DNA of 61,172 nt, the filler included. It is 6 parts of 6 records of this genome, joined end to end, with 100 filler letters (N's around TTAATTAATTAA, not from the genome) between each part and the next. Parts side by side here need not be neighbours in the genome. Positions count along the whole stretch, not along the records: positions 45,131 to 52,235 come from SRR2962707_623; positions 52,336 to 61,172 come from SRR2962707_632; 4 more parts are not named here. The stretch is one strand, 5' to 3'. This document shows positions 46,384 to 58,258 of this stretch, piece after piece; position 1 is the stretch's first letter, and the number at the start of each line of letters is the position of its first letter. Both the position numbers and the translations under genes were made by a program. The notes under the pieces were generated by a model that did no database searches, was not told the DNA's origin, and saw only the letters and a list, made by a program, of their open reading frames with translations.

Positions 46384-48128
46384 AGGGACGGCTCCCCGGT
46401 CAGCCTTTCAACAGTCTCAGTCAGTATCGGGTGGTCCGGGTCCTGCTCGAAGCCTTCTCTCCAGATCGAGCGGGCCTGTTCCTGATTGCCGGTTTGCCAG
46501 AGCGCTTCGCCGAAATGAGCGGCTACTTCCGGGTCAGCGTAGGCCTCCCAGGCACGTGACAGATAGCTCAGTGACTCGTCGGTGTTGCCCTGCAGATACA
46601 GTACCCAGCCCATGCTATCGAGTATGGCAGGGTTCTCCGGATCGATGGCCAGGGCTCTCTCAATATAGTCCCTGGCTTCATCGAGTCGGTCCGTGCGGGT
46701 GGTAAGGATATAACCCAGCGCGTTGAGTGCCACGGCGTTGTCGGGCTGTTCCTCGATGATTGTTCTCAGATCGGCTTCGGCCTGCTCTGGCTTATCCATG
46801 GAGTCGAGCAGCATGGCACGGGCGTAGCGAATGCGGACATTGCCAGGGAAGGATTCCAGGGCTTCATTGGCCGCCTGAAGGGCTCGCTCGTCATGATCCC
46901 GATCCAGCAGGAGATTGATTTCCAGCAGGCGGAAATTCTCGTCCTGGTCGGGGTTGTTCTTGCGGATCTCGCGAATGTCGGCCAGGGCCTCGTCCAGCTC
47001 TCCCTGTTCCGCCATCAGTTCGCTGGCACGGGCCAGGGCCGGGAAAAAGTAATTACCTTTCTCGACATTCCTGTAGTAGCCGATGGCCTGCTCGTTTTCG
47101 TTTTCCTCGTCGGCAATCCGGCCCAGGTAGTAGTGAGCCTCATCGCTGTGGTGGCCTTGTTCGATCAGGCGTGTCAGTTCCTCCTCGGCCAGCGCGATCT
47201 GATCGTTTTCAAGCGCGACCAGGGCGTAGGAGAGTCGCAGGCCGGGAACGTCGGGGAAGCGGTTGACCAGCCGGCGGAATTCGTTCTGGGCGGTTTGCAG
47301 CTCACCTTCGCCGATCAGCATGCGGCCGTAGAGGGTTCCCATCTGGCGATTATCGGGGAATTGTCGTGTATTCGCCCTCAGGTGATCCAGGGCTTGCTGT
47401 TTCTGGTTGGTCTGGTAGAGCAGGTCGCCCTTGAGTATCAGTGCTGGCTGGAAATCCGGCTTGCTGTCCAGAAGGGGTTCCAGTTTGGCGAGGGCTTGCT
47501 GGGGCTCGCCCGTCACCTTCAGTAGAAGGGCAATGCTGTATTGCAGTTCCGGGTTGTCAGGGTGGCGCTGCTCCAGTTGCTGGTATAAGTCGAGCAGTTC
47601 CTGCTGTTGTTCCGGTGGCAGGTTTCCGGCCATCGCGGCAAGGCTGTCAAAATCCGCGTCGCCGCCCAGATCCATGATCTTTTCCATGTGGCCCAGGGCG
47701 GTCTCCAGTTCGTTCTTCTTCACGGCCTGGATGGCGGAGATACGATGTGCCTGCATGTTGTCCGGGGCTACCTCCAGCCACAGCGCCGCCAGTTTCTGCT
47801 GCGCGTTATCGGCGTTCAGTGACTGGGCAATGCGCATGGTCCGCTCAATCACGCCCAGATCGCGGGATTGCTGTGCCGCCTTCATGTAATTGACAAGGGT
47901 GACGTCGAATCGGCCCCGTTGGGCGGCTATCTCGCCGGAAAGCAGCAGGTACAGTTCTTCCGGCTCGAAATCGGCGTAACGGATGTCCGCTGACGGTTCC
48001 GCGGATGATGCAGTGGCGTCATCAGGCGACGAGGTGGATTGCGATTCCTGGTTGTCCTGGAGAAAAGCGCAGCCGGACAGGGAAAGCCCAAGCAGGCAGG
48101 TACCAAGCAGTAATGCAGACTTATGCAT
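46380..48128 (-). CDS. TPR-repeat lipoprotein (LbcA/PA4667-like)
   Basis: Lipobox LSGC, many TPRs, ALNALGY...AILDSMGWV...PEVAAHFGE; conserved position between hemA and lolB. Start taken at MHKSALL. Confidence 0.88.
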   Translation of the reverse strand: MHKSALLLGTCLLGLSLSGCAFLQDNQESQSTSSPDDATASSAEPSADIRYADFEPEELYLLLSGEIAAQRGRFDVTLVNYMKAAQQSRDLGVIERTMRIAQSLNADNAQQKLAALWLEVAPDNMQAHRISAIQAVKKNELETALGHMEKIMDLGGDADFDSLAAMAGNLPPEQQQELLDLYQQLEQRHPDNPELQYSIALLLKVTGEPQQALAKLEPLLDSKPDFQPALILKGDLLYQTNQKQQALDHLRANTRQFPDNRQMGTLYGRMLIGEGELQTAQNEFRRLVNRFPDVPGLRLSYALVALENDQIALAEEELTRLIEQGHHSDEAHYYLGRIADEENENEQAIGYYRNVEKGNYFFPALARASELMAEQGELDEALADIREIRKNNPDQDENFRLLEINLLLDRDHDERALQAANEALESFPGNVRIRYARAMLLDSMDKPEQAEADLRTIIEEQPDNAVALNALGYILTTRTDRLDEARDYIERALAIDPENPAILDSMGWVLYLQGNTDESLSYLSRAWEAYADPEVAAHFGEALWQTGNQEQARSIWREGFEQDPDHPILTETVERLTGEPSL

Positions 48129-48359
48129 GCAACATCCCATGATCTGTGTACGATGCACCTGATCGGCCGGAGAAGGGTCTGGCGGCGGTCTCAGATGTGG
48201 CGTAGTGCGACAAGGCTCTATGATGGCACAAGCGCCTGATATTGCCCAACCTGTCAGCAGTTGCCGATATCACGATGGTTATGGGTGGCGACACTGGCTC
48301 CCGATCGTTAAAATGGCGGTATCGAACCGTCGTCAAAGATAAGGCAGTCTAACCCCGAT

Positions 48360-49649
48360 ATGGCACTGGTCACCCTCGGAATCAATCATCGCACCGCACC
48401 GGTAGAGTTGCGTGAGCGCGTCGCGTTCACGCCCGAGCGCATGGCCGAGGCGTTTGCCGAACTGCGTGCCACTTCCGGCGCCAGCGAGGCGGCGATCCTG
48501 TCTACCTGCAACCGCACCGAACTGTATCTGGCCGGAGATGACGACTGTGCCCCGGCGGTATTGCGGTGGTTGGCGGGGTTTCATGACATGGAGGCGGCAG
48601 ACCTGGAAGACGTGCTCTACGTACATCGGGACTCAGACGCCGTGCGCCACATCATGCGGGTTGCGTCGGGGCTGGACTCCATGGTGCTTGGAGAGCCGCA
48701 AATTCTCGGCCAGCTCAAGGACGCCTATGCCCTCGCTCGCGAGCATGAGGCGAGCGGTGCGTTCCTGTCCCGTCTGTTCGAACATACGTTCTCCGTCGCC
48801 AAGCGGGTGCGCACGCAGACTGCTATTGGCGAAAACCCGGTGTCGGTGGCCTACGCTGCAGTCAGCATGGCGCACCACATCTTTGCGGATATGTCCCGCA
48901 ATCGAGCCTTGCTGATTGGCGCCGGCAAAACCATTGAGCTGGTCGCGAGGCATCTGGCCGACGCTGGCGTGAAAAATTTCCTGGTTGCCAATCGTACCCT
49001 GGAACGTGCCCAGGCGCTGGCGGACTCCCGTGGCGGGCAGGGCATTATGCTCTCCGACATTCCAGAACACCTGGCAAACGTGGACATCATCATTTCCTCC
49101 ACTGCCAGCCCGTTGCCTATCCTTGGCAAGGGCGCCGTGGAGCGTGCGCTTAAAAAGCGCAAGCATCGCCCCTATTTCATGGTGGATATCGCCGTTCCCA
49201 GGGATATCGAACCCGAGGTGGGTTCCCTGGCTGATGTCTATCTCTATACCGTTGACGACTTGCGGCAGGTTATCGAGGAGAACGTTCGTTCCCGAGAGGG
49301 CGCCGCGCGGGAAGCCGAGAACATGGTTGCTGATGGCGTACAGCAGTTCCTGAGCCAGCTACGGGCCCTGGATGCTGTCTCTACCCTCAAGCAGTTCCGT
49401 CAGCGGGCCGAAGCCCTGAGAGACGGGGAGACCGAAAAGGCCATACGCGCCCTGCGTAATGGCGCAGACCCCGAAACCGTGATGCGAAGCATGGCCCGGG
49501 GGTTGACCAACAAATTACTGCACGAGCCGTCCATCCAGGTCCGCAAGGCCACCACGGAGGGCAGAACCGAAGTCACTCAATGGCTCAGAGAGCTGCATCA
49601 GCTTGATGTGCTGGATGCCGACGCGCCCATCACCCCGGAAAAACTATGA
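48360..49649 (+). CDS. hemA: Glutamyl-tRNA reductase
   Basis: [48 protein letters not shown]. Confidence 0.98.
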   Translation: MALVTLGINHRTAPVELRERVAFTPERMAEAFAELRATSGASEAAILSTCNRTELYLAGDDDCAPAVLRWLAGFHDMEAADLEDVLYVHRDSDAVRHIMRVASGLDSMVLGEPQILGQLKDAYALAREHEASGAFLSRLFEHTFSVAKRVRTQTAIGENPVSVAYAAVSMAHHIFADMSRNRALLIGAGKTIELVARHLADAGVKNFLVANRTLERAQALADSRGGQGIMLSDIPEHLANVDIIISSTASPLPILGKGAVERALKKRKHRPYFMVDIAVPRDIEPEVGSLADVYLYTVDDLRQVIEENVRSREGAAREAENMVADGVQQFLSQLRALDAVSTLKQFRQRAEALRDGETEKAIRALRNGADPETVMRSMARGLTNKLLHEPSIQVRKATTEGRTEVTQWLRELHQLDVLDADAPITPEKL

Positions 49650-50731
49650 AGTCATCGATTCAGTCCCGCCTCGAGCAGCTTGTTGACCGCTTCGAGGAAG
49701 TCAGCGCGTTGCTGAGCGATCAGGGTACTATTGCCAACCAGGATAAATTCCGCGACCTGTCCCGGGAATTTGCCGAGATTGAGCCCATTGTTCACTGCTT
49801 CCAGGCATGGCAGAAATCCCGTGACGATGTTAAGGAAGCCACTGAACTGGCCCGCGACGGTGACGCCGACATGCGAGCCATGGCGGAAGAGGAGTTGGGC
49901 CTGGCGGAACAGAAGAGCGAGGAACTGGACGAAGAGCTCCAGCGCCTGATGCTGCCCAAGGATCCCAACGATGGCAAGAACGTATTCCTGGAGGTTCGTG
50001 CCGGCACCGGGGGCGATGAGGCGGCGATTTTCGCCGGTGACCTGTTCAAGATGTACATGCGTTATGCCGAACGCCAGCGCTGGCAGGTTGAGGTTATCAG
50101 CGCCAACGATGGTGAGCACGGCGGTTACAAGGAAATCATTGCCCGCATTGCTGGTAGTGCGGTCTATGGGGCACTGAAGTTTGAATCCGGTGCCCATCGG
50201 GTACAGCGGGTGCCGGAGACCGAATCCCAGGGCCGAATTCACACCTCCGCCTGCACGGTAGCGGTGATGCCGGAGGCGGATGAAACCGAGGCCGTTGAAA
50301 TCAACAAGTCCGACCTGCGGGTGGATACCTTCCGAGCTTCTGGCGCCGGCGGTCAGCACGTCAACAAGACTGATTCGGCGATTCGTATTACCCATATTCC
50401 CACGGGCATTGTGGTGGAGTGTCAGGAAGAACGCTCCCAGCACAAGAATCGGGCCAAAGCGATGAGTTTCCTGGCATCGCGCCTCCAGAATGAGGAAATT
50501 GAACGCCAGCAGAAAACCATGGCGGCCACCCGCAAGAGCCTGGTGGGCAGTGGCGACCGCTCAGAGCGAATCCGCACCTATAACTTCCCCCAGGGGCGGG
50601 TGACCGACCACCGCATCAACCTGACGCTGTACAAGCTGGATGAGGTTATTTCCGGCGATCTTGATGCCGTCATCATGCCTTTGCAGCAGGAACACCAGGC
50701 CGATCTGTTGGCCTCCCTGGCTGATGATTGA
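49646..50731 (+). CDS. prfA: Peptide chain release factor 1
   Basis: [10 protein letters not shown] and the RF1 PxT motif (RVPETES). Confidence 0.98.
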   Translation: MKSSIQSRLEQLVDRFEEVSALLSDQGTIANQDKFRDLSREFAEIEPIVHCFQAWQKSRDDVKEATELARDGDADMRAMAEEELGLAEQKSEELDEELQRLMLPKDPNDGKNVFLEVRAGTGGDEAAIFAGDLFKMYMRYAERQRWQVEVISANDGEHGGYKEIIARIAGSAVYGALKFESGAHRVQRVPETESQGRIHTSACTVAVMPEADETEAVEINKSDLRVDTFRASGAGGQHVNKTDSAIRITHIPTGIVVECQEERSQHKNRAKAMSFLASRLQNEEIERQQKTMAATRKSLVGSGDRSERIRTYNFPQGRVTDHRINLTLYKLDEVISGDLDAVIMPLQQEHQADLLASLADD

Positions 50732-51575
50732 CAAACCTCTGGCCTGTGAGGCGTTGCTGACAGAAGCTGCCGGGCTTATTGGCGGTGATTCTCCGCGCCT
50801 CGATGCTGAGCTACTGCTGGGTTATGTGACGGGTTGGTCCCGAACCACTTTCCGGGCCTGGCCCGAGCGTGAGGTGGACGCGGCCCTGGTTGCCCGCTTC
50901 AGAACCCTTGTGGAACGGCGCTGTGAAGGCCACCCGATTGCACACCTGCTGGGCGAACAGGAATTCTGGTCACTCCCGCTAAAGGTCAATCCATCCACAC
51001 TGATTCCCCGCCCGGATACTGAATGCTTGGTGGAGGCAGCGCTGGCGCTGGATTTACCGAGAAATGCCAATGTGCTGGATCTTGGTACCGGCACGGGTGC
51101 CATCGCACTGGCTCTGGCCAGCGAGCAACCCGGCTGGCGGGTTTCCGCCTGCGACGCCGTCCGGGAAGCAGTAGACCTGGCGACCGACAACGCCGATCAG
51201 TTGGGCCTGCCGGTGACGGTGCGACAAAGCAACTGGTTCGAGGATTTACCATCAGTTGCTTTTGATCTCATCGTTTCCAATCCACCGTACATCGCAGGGA
51301 ATGATGTCCACCTGGGAGAGGGCGATGTGCGCTTCGAGCCGGCGTCGGCCCTGGTGGCCGGCGATGACGGCCTTGACGATATCCGGCGGATAACCGCCGA
51401 AGCCCCCGCTTGGCTCTCGCTTGGGGGCTGGTTGATACTGGAACACGGCTATGAACAGGGAGCGGCTGTGCGGCAGCTTTTTACCGATGCGGAATTGACC
51501 TGTGTGGAAACCCGCCAGGACTACGGCCGGCGTGACCGCTTCACCCTTGGGAGAAAACAAGATGCTGAACGATGA
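50724..51575 (+). CDS. prmC: Release factor glutamine methyltransferase
   Basis: [25 protein letters not shown]; overlaps the prfA stop. Confidence 0.96.
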   Translation: MIDKPLACEALLTEAAGLIGGDSPRLDAELLLGYVTGWSRTTFRAWPEREVDAALVARFRTLVERRCEGHPIAHLLGEQEFWSLPLKVNPSTLIPRPDTECLVEAALALDLPRNANVLDLGTGTGAIALALASEQPGWRVSACDAVREAVDLATDNADQLGLPVTVRQSNWFEDLPSVAFDLIVSNPPYIAGNDVHLGEGDVRFEPASALVAGDDGLDDIRRITAEAPAWLSLGGWLILEHGYEQGAAVRQLFTDAELTCVETRQDYGRRDRFTLGRKQDAER

Positions 51576-52235
51576 GGAACTGCTGCGCTACAGTCGCCAG
51601 ATCCTGATGCCTCGGTTTGATATCGCAGGCCAGGCCAAGCTCAAGTCCGCAAGAGTGCTGGTGGTCGGTGCTGGCGGTTTGGGTTGCCCAGTAGCGCTCT
51701 ACCTCGGGGCCGCCGGGATTGGGCACCTCACTCTGGTCGACGACGACAGTGTAGAAGTCGCCAACCTACAGCGTCAGATCGCGTTCGAGCAGTCTGATCT
51801 CGGAGAGTCCAAAGCTGGGCAATTGGCTGATCGTGTGCGGCGCATCAACCCGGAAGTGTCAGTAACGGCATTGACCAAACGACTGGAAGGGGACGAACTG
51901 GCTCATCAGGTAGAGTCTGCCAGTCTGGTCGTTGACTGCACCGACAACTTCAATACCCGTTTTGCCCTCAACCGCGCCTGCGTGTCTGCCGGAGTCCCGC
52001 TGGTGTCTGGTGCCGCCATCCGCGGGGAAGGGCAGTTGTCGGTTTATGACGTTCGCGACGACAGCAGCCCCTGCTATCACTGCCTTTACCCGGAGCAGGG
52101 CAACGAAGACCTCACCTGTTCAGAAGCCGGTGTTATCGGCCCCCTCGTTGGTATGATAGGCGCTTCCCAAGCCATGGAAGCCGTAAAAGTCATCACCGGC
52201 GTGGGCAAACCGTTGATAGGCCGTCTGCTCATTCT
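51562..52235 (+). CDS. moeB: Molybdopterin-synthase adenylyltransferase (MoeB/ThiF family), 3' truncated
   Basis: RYSRQI, GAGGLG, NLQRQ, DCTDN, CYHC zinc motif, CSEAGV. Confidence 0.9.
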
Positions 52236-52335
52236 NNNNNNNNNNNNNNNNNNNNNNNNNNNNNNNNNNNNNNNNNNNNTTAATTAATTAANNNNNNNNN
52301 NNNNNNNNNNNNNNNNNNNNNNNNNNNNNNNNNNN
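52236..52335. other. Artificial contig spacer
   Basis: 44 N + TTAATTAATTAA + 44 N. Confidence 0.99.
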
Positions 52336-52353
52336 GCAAAGGAACCTTTCTCG

Positions 52354-54924
52354 ATGGGTGAGTTAGCCAAAGAGATCCTGCCGGTCAATATTGAAGACGA
52401 GTTGAAACAGTCCTACCTCGACTACGCCATGAGCGTTATCGTTGGCCGGGCATTACCCGATGTCCGGGACGGCCTGAAGCCGGTACACCGCCGGGTGCTG
52501 TTCGCCATGTCCGAGTTGGGTAACGACTGGAACAAGGCCTACAAGAAGTCCGCCCGTGTGGTGGGTGACGTTATCGGTAAATATCACCCCCACGGTGACT
52601 CTGCGGTATACGACACCATCGTTCGAATGGCCCAGCCATTCTCCCTGCGCTACCCGCTGGTAGACGGCCAGGGTAACTTCGGTTCCATCGACGGCGACAA
52701 TGCCGCCGCCATGCGTTACACCGAAATCCGCATGGAGAAGATCGCCCATTCGCTGCTGGCGGATCTCGACAAGGAAACCGTCGATTACGTAGACAACTAC
52801 GACGGCACCGAACGTATTCCGGAAGTCCTGCCGACCCGTGTGCCTAACCTGCTAGTGAACGGCTCCTCCGGTATTGCCGTGGGTATGGCGACCAATATTC
52901 CACCCCACAACCTGACGGAAGTGGTGAACGGCTGCCTGGCACTGATCGATAACCCGGATCTCACGGTCGATGAGCTGATGGAATTCATCCCGGGCCCGGA
53001 CTTCCCCACCCAGGGCATCATCAATGGCCGTGCCGGTATCGTGGAAGCATACCGCACAGGACGTGGCCGCATTTATATCCGTGCCCGCCACGAGATTGAG
53101 CAGGACAAGAAGACCGGCCGCGAATCCATCATCATCACCGAGCTGCCTTACCAGCTGAACAAGGCCCGTCTGATCGAGAAGATCGCGGAACTGGTGAAGG
53201 AAAAGCGCCTGGAAGGTATCTCTGAGCTGCGTGATGAATCGAACAAGGAAGGTATCCGGGTTGTGATCGAATTGCGTCGGGGCGAGAACCCGGATGTGAT
53301 CATCAACAATCTGTTCGCCCAGACTCAGCTGGAAACCGTGTTCGGTATCAACATGGTGGCGCTGATCAACGGCGAGCCCAAGACCCTGAACCTGAAAGAA
53401 ATGCTCGATGCGTTTGTGCGTCATCGTCGGGAAGTGGTCACCCGCCGCACCATTTATGAGCTGCGCAAGGCTCGTGAGCGGGGCCATATTCTGGAAGGTC
53501 TCACCGTTGCCCTGGCCAACATTGATGAAATCATCGAGTTGATCAAACAGTCGCCCTCTGCTGCAGAAGCGAAAGAAAAGCTGATGGACAAGGGCTGGGC
53601 GCCTGGCGACGTACTCGCGATGTTGGAGCGTGCAGGTGAAGATGCTTGCCGCCCGGATGATTTGCCGGAGATTTATGGCCTCCGAGAAGGCCTGTACCAC
53701 CTGTCGCCGGAGCAGGCCCAGGCGATTCTGGATCTGCGACTGCACCGCCTGACCGGTCTGGAAACCGAAAAGCTCCAGAACGAGTACAAGGAAATCCTGG
53801 AGAAGATTGCCGATCTGCTGGATATCCTGGGCGACCCCGAGCGTCTGATGCAGGTGATTCGTGACGAACTGGCAGAAATTGTCAGCCAGTATGGCGATGA
53901 GCGCCGTACCGAGATCACCAGCTCCCGTCGCGACCTGACCATCGCAGACCTGATCGACGAAGAAGATCTGGTGGTGACTATTTCCCACAGTGGCTATGCC
54001 AAGACCCAGGCCGTTGAGGATTACCAGGCCCAGCGCCGTGGTGGCCGGGGTAAAGCGGCAACGTCGATGAAGGACGAAGACTTTATCGAGAAGCTGCTGG
54101 TTGCGAATTCCCACGACACCATTCTGTGCTTCTCCAACAAGGGTAAGGTGTACTGGCTGCGGGTGTTCGAGATTCCCCGCGGTAGCCGTGGCTCCCGTGG
54201 TCGCCCCATGGTCAACATTCTGCCGCTGGACGAAGGAGAGCGTATTACCACCTTCCTGCCGGTACGGGATTACCCGGAAGATCAGTTTGTGCTGATGGCC
54301 ACCTCGGCCGGTGTGGTCAAGAAGACACCGCTGCCGAACTTCTCGCGCCCACGCAGCAGTGGCCTGATTGCCCTGAATCTCGATGAGGGTGACACCCTGA
54401 TTGGTGCCGCCATTACCGATGGTTCTGCCGAAGTGATGCTGTTCTCCAGTGCCGGTAAAGCGGTGCGCTTCCAGGAAGAGCAGGTTCGCCCGATGAGCAG
54501 GACGGCTCGTGGTGTCCGCGGTATCAAGATGCCGGAAGGCCACCATGTCGTGTCCCTGATCATTCCGCAGGAAGGCGGTGTGATTCTGACGGCCAGTGAG
54601 CATGGTTATGGCAAGCGCACGGCCATTGATGAATTCCCGGCCTACAGCCGTGGCAGTCAGGGCGTTATCGCCATGCAGTGCTCCGAGCGAAACGGTAATC
54701 TGGTGACTGCGCTGCAACTGTTTGATGGCGACCAGATGATGCTGATCTCCGACAAGGGCACACTGGTGCGTACCCGCACTGATGAGGTGTCGGTACTGAG
54801 CCGGAATACCCAGGGCGTGCGTCTGATCCGTCTGGCCCAGGAAGATGAGCGCCTGGTGGGTGTGGAGCGGATTGCAGAATCCGATGATGAAGAAGAAGTG
54901 GAAGGCGAGGAAACCGAAGAATGA
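52354..54924 (+). CDS. gyrA: DNA gyrase subunit A
   Basis: [27 protein letters not shown], catalytic AAMRYTE, GyrA-box QRRGGRG, acidic tail. Confidence 0.99.
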   Translation: MGELAKEILPVNIEDELKQSYLDYAMSVIVGRALPDVRDGLKPVHRRVLFAMSELGNDWNKAYKKSARVVGDVIGKYHPHGDSAVYDTIVRMAQPFSLRYPLVDGQGNFGSIDGDNAAAMRYTEIRMEKIAHSLLADLDKETVDYVDNYDGTERIPEVLPTRVPNLLVNGSSGIAVGMATNIPPHNLTEVVNGCLALIDNPDLTVDELMEFIPGPDFPTQGIINGRAGIVEAYRTGRGRIYIRARHEIEQDKKTGRESIIITELPYQLNKARLIEKIAELVKEKRLEGISELRDESNKEGIRVVIELRRGENPDVIINNLFAQTQLETVFGINMVALINGEPKTLNLKEMLDAFVRHRREVVTRRTIYELRKARERGHILEGLTVALANIDEIIELIKQSPSAAEAKEKLMDKGWAPGDVLAMLERAGEDACRPDDLPEIYGLREGLYHLSPEQAQAILDLRLHRLTGLETEKLQNEYKEILEKIADLLDILGDPERLMQVIRDELAEIVSQYGDERRTEITSSRRDLTIADLIDEEDLVVTISHSGYAKTQAVEDYQAQRRGGRGKAATSMKDEDFIEKLLVANSHDTILCFSNKGKVYWLRVFEIPRGSRGSRGRPMVNILPLDEGERITTFLPVRDYPEDQFVLMATSAGVVKKTPLPNFSRPRSSGLIALNLDEGDTLIGAAITDGSAEVMLFSSAGKAVRFQEEQVRPMSRTARGVRGIKMPEGHHVVSLIIPQEGGVILTASEHGYGKRTAIDEFPAYSRGSQGVIAMQCSERNGNLVTALQLFDGDQMMLISDKGTLVRTRTDEVSVLSRNTQGVRLIRLAQEDERLVGVERIAESDDEEEVEGEETEE

Positions 54925-56003
54925 GCAGGGCGTTCAATTTCTGTGCTGGTCCGGCCACCTTGCCGGAAGCTGTGCTGAAGCAGGCCCAGAGCGAAATGCT
55001 CGATTGGCGCGGCACCGGCATGTCGGTGATGGAGATGAGCCATCGCAGCGATGAGTTTGTTGCCATTGCAGAAGCGGCTGAGAAGGATCTCCGTGAATTG
55101 GCCGGTATTTCAGATGATTACGCTGTACTCTTCATGCAGGGTGGAGCTTCCAGCCAGTTCTCGACCATTCCGCTGAATCTGCTTGGTGACAAGGCCTCGG
55201 CCGATTACGTGAACACCGGTATCTGGTCGAAAAAGGCCATTGCCGAAGCCAAGCGCTACGGTAATGTGAATGTGGTTGCCAGCTCTGAAGACAGCGGGTT
55301 TACCACCATTCCGGATCAGTCCGGCTGGAATACCAGTGCCGATGCCGCTTACCTGCATTACACGCCGAACGAAACCATCGGTGGCCTGGAATACGATTTT
55401 ATTCCGGACAGTGGCAATGTGCCGCTGGTGGCGGATATGTCTTCCACCATGCTGTCCCGGCCGCTGGATATCAGCAAATTCGGTCTGATCTATGCCGGCG
55501 CCCAGAAGAACATCGGCCCCTCGGGCCTGGTGGTGGTAATTATCCGTAAGGATCTCCTGGGTGCGGCCCGGAAAGAGACGCCGACCATGATGAACTATCA
55601 GGTCATCGCCGATAACGGCTCCATGTACAACACCCCGGCGACCTATTCCTGGTACCTGTCCGGGCTGGTGTTCAAGTGGCTGAAAGAGCAGGGCGGTGTT
55701 CAAGCCATGGGCGAGATGAACGCCCGGAAAGCAAAGAAGCTGTATGGCTTCATTGATGCCAACGATTTCTACGCCAACCCCATTGAACCACGCTTCCGCT
55801 CCTGGATGAACGTACCGTTCACTCTGGCCGATGATGCGCTTAATGCTGAATTTCTGAAAGGCGCTGAAGCCCGGCATCTGCTCAACCTGCAGGGGCATCG
55901 CTCCGTCGGTGGTATGCGTGCCAGCATCTACAACGCCATGCCGGAAGAAGGTGTCGACGCCCTGATCGACTACATGGCGGAATTTGCGAAGGAGCGGGGC
56001 TGA
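54921..56003 (+). CDS. serC: Phosphoserine aminotransferase
   Basis: [38 protein letters not shown]. Confidence 0.98.
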   Translation: MSRAFNFCAGPATLPEAVLKQAQSEMLDWRGTGMSVMEMSHRSDEFVAIAEAAEKDLRELAGISDDYAVLFMQGGASSQFSTIPLNLLGDKASADYVNTGIWSKKAIAEAKRYGNVNVVASSEDSGFTTIPDQSGWNTSADAAYLHYTPNETIGGLEYDFIPDSGNVPLVADMSSTMLSRPLDISKFGLIYAGAQKNIGPSGLVVVIIRKDLLGAARKETPTMMNYQVIADNGSMYNTPATYSWYLSGLVFKWLKEQGGVQAMGEMNARKAKKLYGFIDANDFYANPIEPRFRSWMNVPFTLADDALNAEFLKGAEARHLLNLQGHRSVGGMRASIYNAMPEEGVDALIDYMAEFAKERG

Positions 56004-56005
56004 TC

Positions 56006-57103
56006 ATGACGGATGAGAAGACCCGCCTGGGGGAATTAAGGGAGGAGATCGACGCCCTCGATCAGCAGATCATGGAGCTGATCAGTGCCCGGGCGAAATG
56101 TGCGCAGGAAGTGGCCCATGTCAAAATGGCGGCCAATCCCGGTGAGGATGTATTCTTTTACCGGCCTGAGCGCGAAGCTCAGGTGTTGCGCCGGATCAAG
56201 GAAAAGAACCCGGGGCCTTTGCCCGCTGAAGAGATGGCGCGGCTGTTCCGTGAGATCATGTCGGCTTGCCTGGCGCTGGAAAAGCCCATGCATATTGCCT
56301 TCCTGGGCCCGGTAGGCACCTTCACCCAGGCGGCGGCGCTCAAACACTTCGGCCACTCTGTCGTCAGCGTGCCGCTGCCTGCGATTGATGCGGTATTCCG
56401 TGAGGTGGAGTCCGGTGCGGCGCATTACGGTGTGGTGCCGGTGGAGAATTCCACTGAGGGTATGATCAATCACACCCTGGATATGTTCATGTCTTCGCCG
56501 TTGAAAATCTGCGGTGAGGTGCAGCTTCGCATTCATCATCATCTGCTGGTATCGCCGAAGCACAAGGATGAGGAAATTACCCGCATCTATTCCCATCAAC
56601 AGTCGTTCGCCCAGTGCCGGCAGTGGCTGGATACACATCGCTACGGTATTGAGCGTATTACCGTTTCCAGCAATGCCGAGGCGGCGCGCCGCGCGGCTGA
56701 AGAGCCGGGCGCGGCGGCGATTGCCGGAGATATGGCGGCGGAGCTGTACGGTCTGGAAAAGCTGGCTAACAGCATTGAGGATCGCCCGGACAATACCACC
56801 CGCTTCCTGATCATTGGGCGGGAGGAGGTGCCGGCAAGTGGCCAGGACAAGTCCTCGATTCTGGTCTCCATGCGCAACAAACCGGGCGCTCTGTATCAGC
56901 TGCTGGAGCCGTTCCACCGTCACGGCATCAGTCTGACACGGATTGAAACGCGGCCTTCGCCCAGTGGCACCTGGGCTTATGTTTTCTACATTGATTTCGA
57001 AGGTCACATGCAGGATGACAGGATCAGCAAGGTACTGGCTGAAATTGATGAAGAAGCCGTGGAGCTGAAGCGCCTGGGGTCCTATCCCATCGGCGTACTT
57101 TGA
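56006..57103 (+). CDS. pheA: Chorismate mutase / prephenate dehydratase (P-protein)
   Basis: LREEIDALD CM domain; PVENSTEG, NTTRFLII, LTRIETRPS ACT domain. Confidence 0.97.
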   Translation: MTDEKTRLGELREEIDALDQQIMELISARAKCAQEVAHVKMAANPGEDVFFYRPEREAQVLRRIKEKNPGPLPAEEMARLFREIMSACLALEKPMHIAFLGPVGTFTQAAALKHFGHSVVSVPLPAIDAVFREVESGAAHYGVVPVENSTEGMINHTLDMFMSSPLKICGEVQLRIHHHLLVSPKHKDEEITRIYSHQQSFAQCRQWLDTHRYGIERITVSSNAEAARRAAEEPGAAAIAGDMAAELYGLEKLANSIEDRPDNTTRFLIIGREEVPASGQDKSSILVSMRNKPGALYQLLEPFHRHGISLTRIETRPSPSGTWAYVFYIDFEGHMQDDRISKVLAEIDEEAVELKRLGSYPIGVL

Positions 57104-57132
57104 TTTCGAATGTCGATCCTGAGGAGAGTTCA

Positions 57133-58257
57133 ATGGCAGTGGATTACCAGAGTCTTGCGGTAAAAGGTGTTCAGGCTCTGTCTCCGTACCAGCCCGGCAA
57201 GCCGATTGAAGAGCTGGCCCGGGAGCTGGGATTGAATCCGTCGGAGATCATCAAGCTGGCCAGCAATGAGAACCCGCTTGGGCCGAGTGAGAAAGCGGTA
57301 TCGGCCGCCCGAAATGCCCTCGATGAAATGTGCCTGTACCCGGACGGCAATGGCTTTGATCTGAAGCAGGCTCTGGCTCGTCGCTTTGGCGTGGAAATGA
57401 GCCAGATCACCCTCGGTAATGGTTCCAACGATGTGCTGGAAGTCATTGCCCGGTGTTTCGCCGACTCTGATAGCGAAGTGGTGTTCTCCCAGTATGCCTT
57501 CGCGGTTTACCCGCTGGTAACCCAGGCGATTGGCGCCCGAGGTGTGGCGGTGCCTGCAAAAGACTGGGGGCACGATCTGGATGCCATGGCCGATGCGGTG
57601 ACCGAGCGCACCAAGCTGGTGTTTGTTGCTAATCCGAATAATCCCACCGGTACCGTGCACACCGCCGATGCGATTGAAGCGTTTCTGGATCGTATCCCTG
57701 AACAGGTTTTGATTGTTCTGGATGAAGCCTACTGCGAATACCTTGTTGGTGACGAGTACCCGGATGGTATTCGACTGCTGGACAAATACCCGAACCTGAT
57801 TGTCTGCCGCACCTTTTCCAAGGCGTGGGGGCTTGCAGCGTTGCGAGTGGGCTACAGCATCAGTTCTCCGGCCATTGCGGACATCCTGAACCGGGTTCGC
57901 CAGCCATTCAATGTCGATACCGTTGCCCTGGCGGCGGCCACAGCAGTTCTTGAGGATGAGGCCTATCTGCAGAAATCCCGGGAGGTGAACGAAGCCGGCC
58001 TGCAACAACTGGCGGAAGGCTTCGATCGCATGGGGCTTTCCTACATCCCTTCGGCAGGCAACTTCATTGCCGTGGAAGTGGGTGAGCCAGCCGCCGGTAT
58101 CTATCAGGCCTTGTTGGCACATGGCGTGATTGTTCGGCCCGTCGCTGGTTATGGCATGCCCCGGCACCTGCGTGTATCGGTCGGCCTTCCGCAAGAAAAT
58201 GAACGTTTTCTTGATGCGCTGGCTGAGGCATTGGCGTCAGCAGGGCTGGGGGCATGA
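57133..58257 (+). CDS. hisC: Histidinol-phosphate / aromatic aminotransferase
   Basis: KLASNENPLG, NPNNPTG, DEAY, RTFSKAWGLAALRVGY; GAGGAG RBS before the ATG at 57133. Confidence 0.95.
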   Translation: MAVDYQSLAVKGVQALSPYQPGKPIEELARELGLNPSEIIKLASNENPLGPSEKAVSAARNALDEMCLYPDGNGFDLKQALARRFGVEMSQITLGNGSNDVLEVIARCFADSDSEVVFSQYAFAVYPLVTQAIGARGVAVPAKDWGHDLDAMADAVTERTKLVFVANPNNPTGTVHTADAIEAFLDRIPEQVLIVLDEAYCEYLVGDEYPDGIRLLDKYPNLIVCRTFSKAWGLAALRVGYSISSPAIADILNRVRQPFNVDTVALAAATAVLEDEAYLQKSREVNEAGLQQLAEGFDRMGLSYIPSAGNFIAVEVGEPAAGIYQALLAHGVIVRPVAGYGMPRHLRVSVGLPQENERFLDALAEALASAGLGA

Positions 58258-58258
58258 A

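Noticed and set aside
20695-52335. Five copies of TTAATTAATTAA as a biological repeat or CRISPR-like array
   Set aside because: Each is centred in exactly 44+44 Ns; it is a synthetic six-frame-stop linker
52585-52625. Quinolone-resistance substitution in gyrA
   Set aside because: QRDR reads [10 protein letters not shown], the wild-type Ser83/Asp87 equivalents
52852-54717. 621-aa antisense ORF, plus similar ones at 56036-57133 and 57130-58194
   Set aside because: Shadow ORFs opposite gyrA, pheA and hisC, expected from GC-rich codon bias; no recognisable motifs
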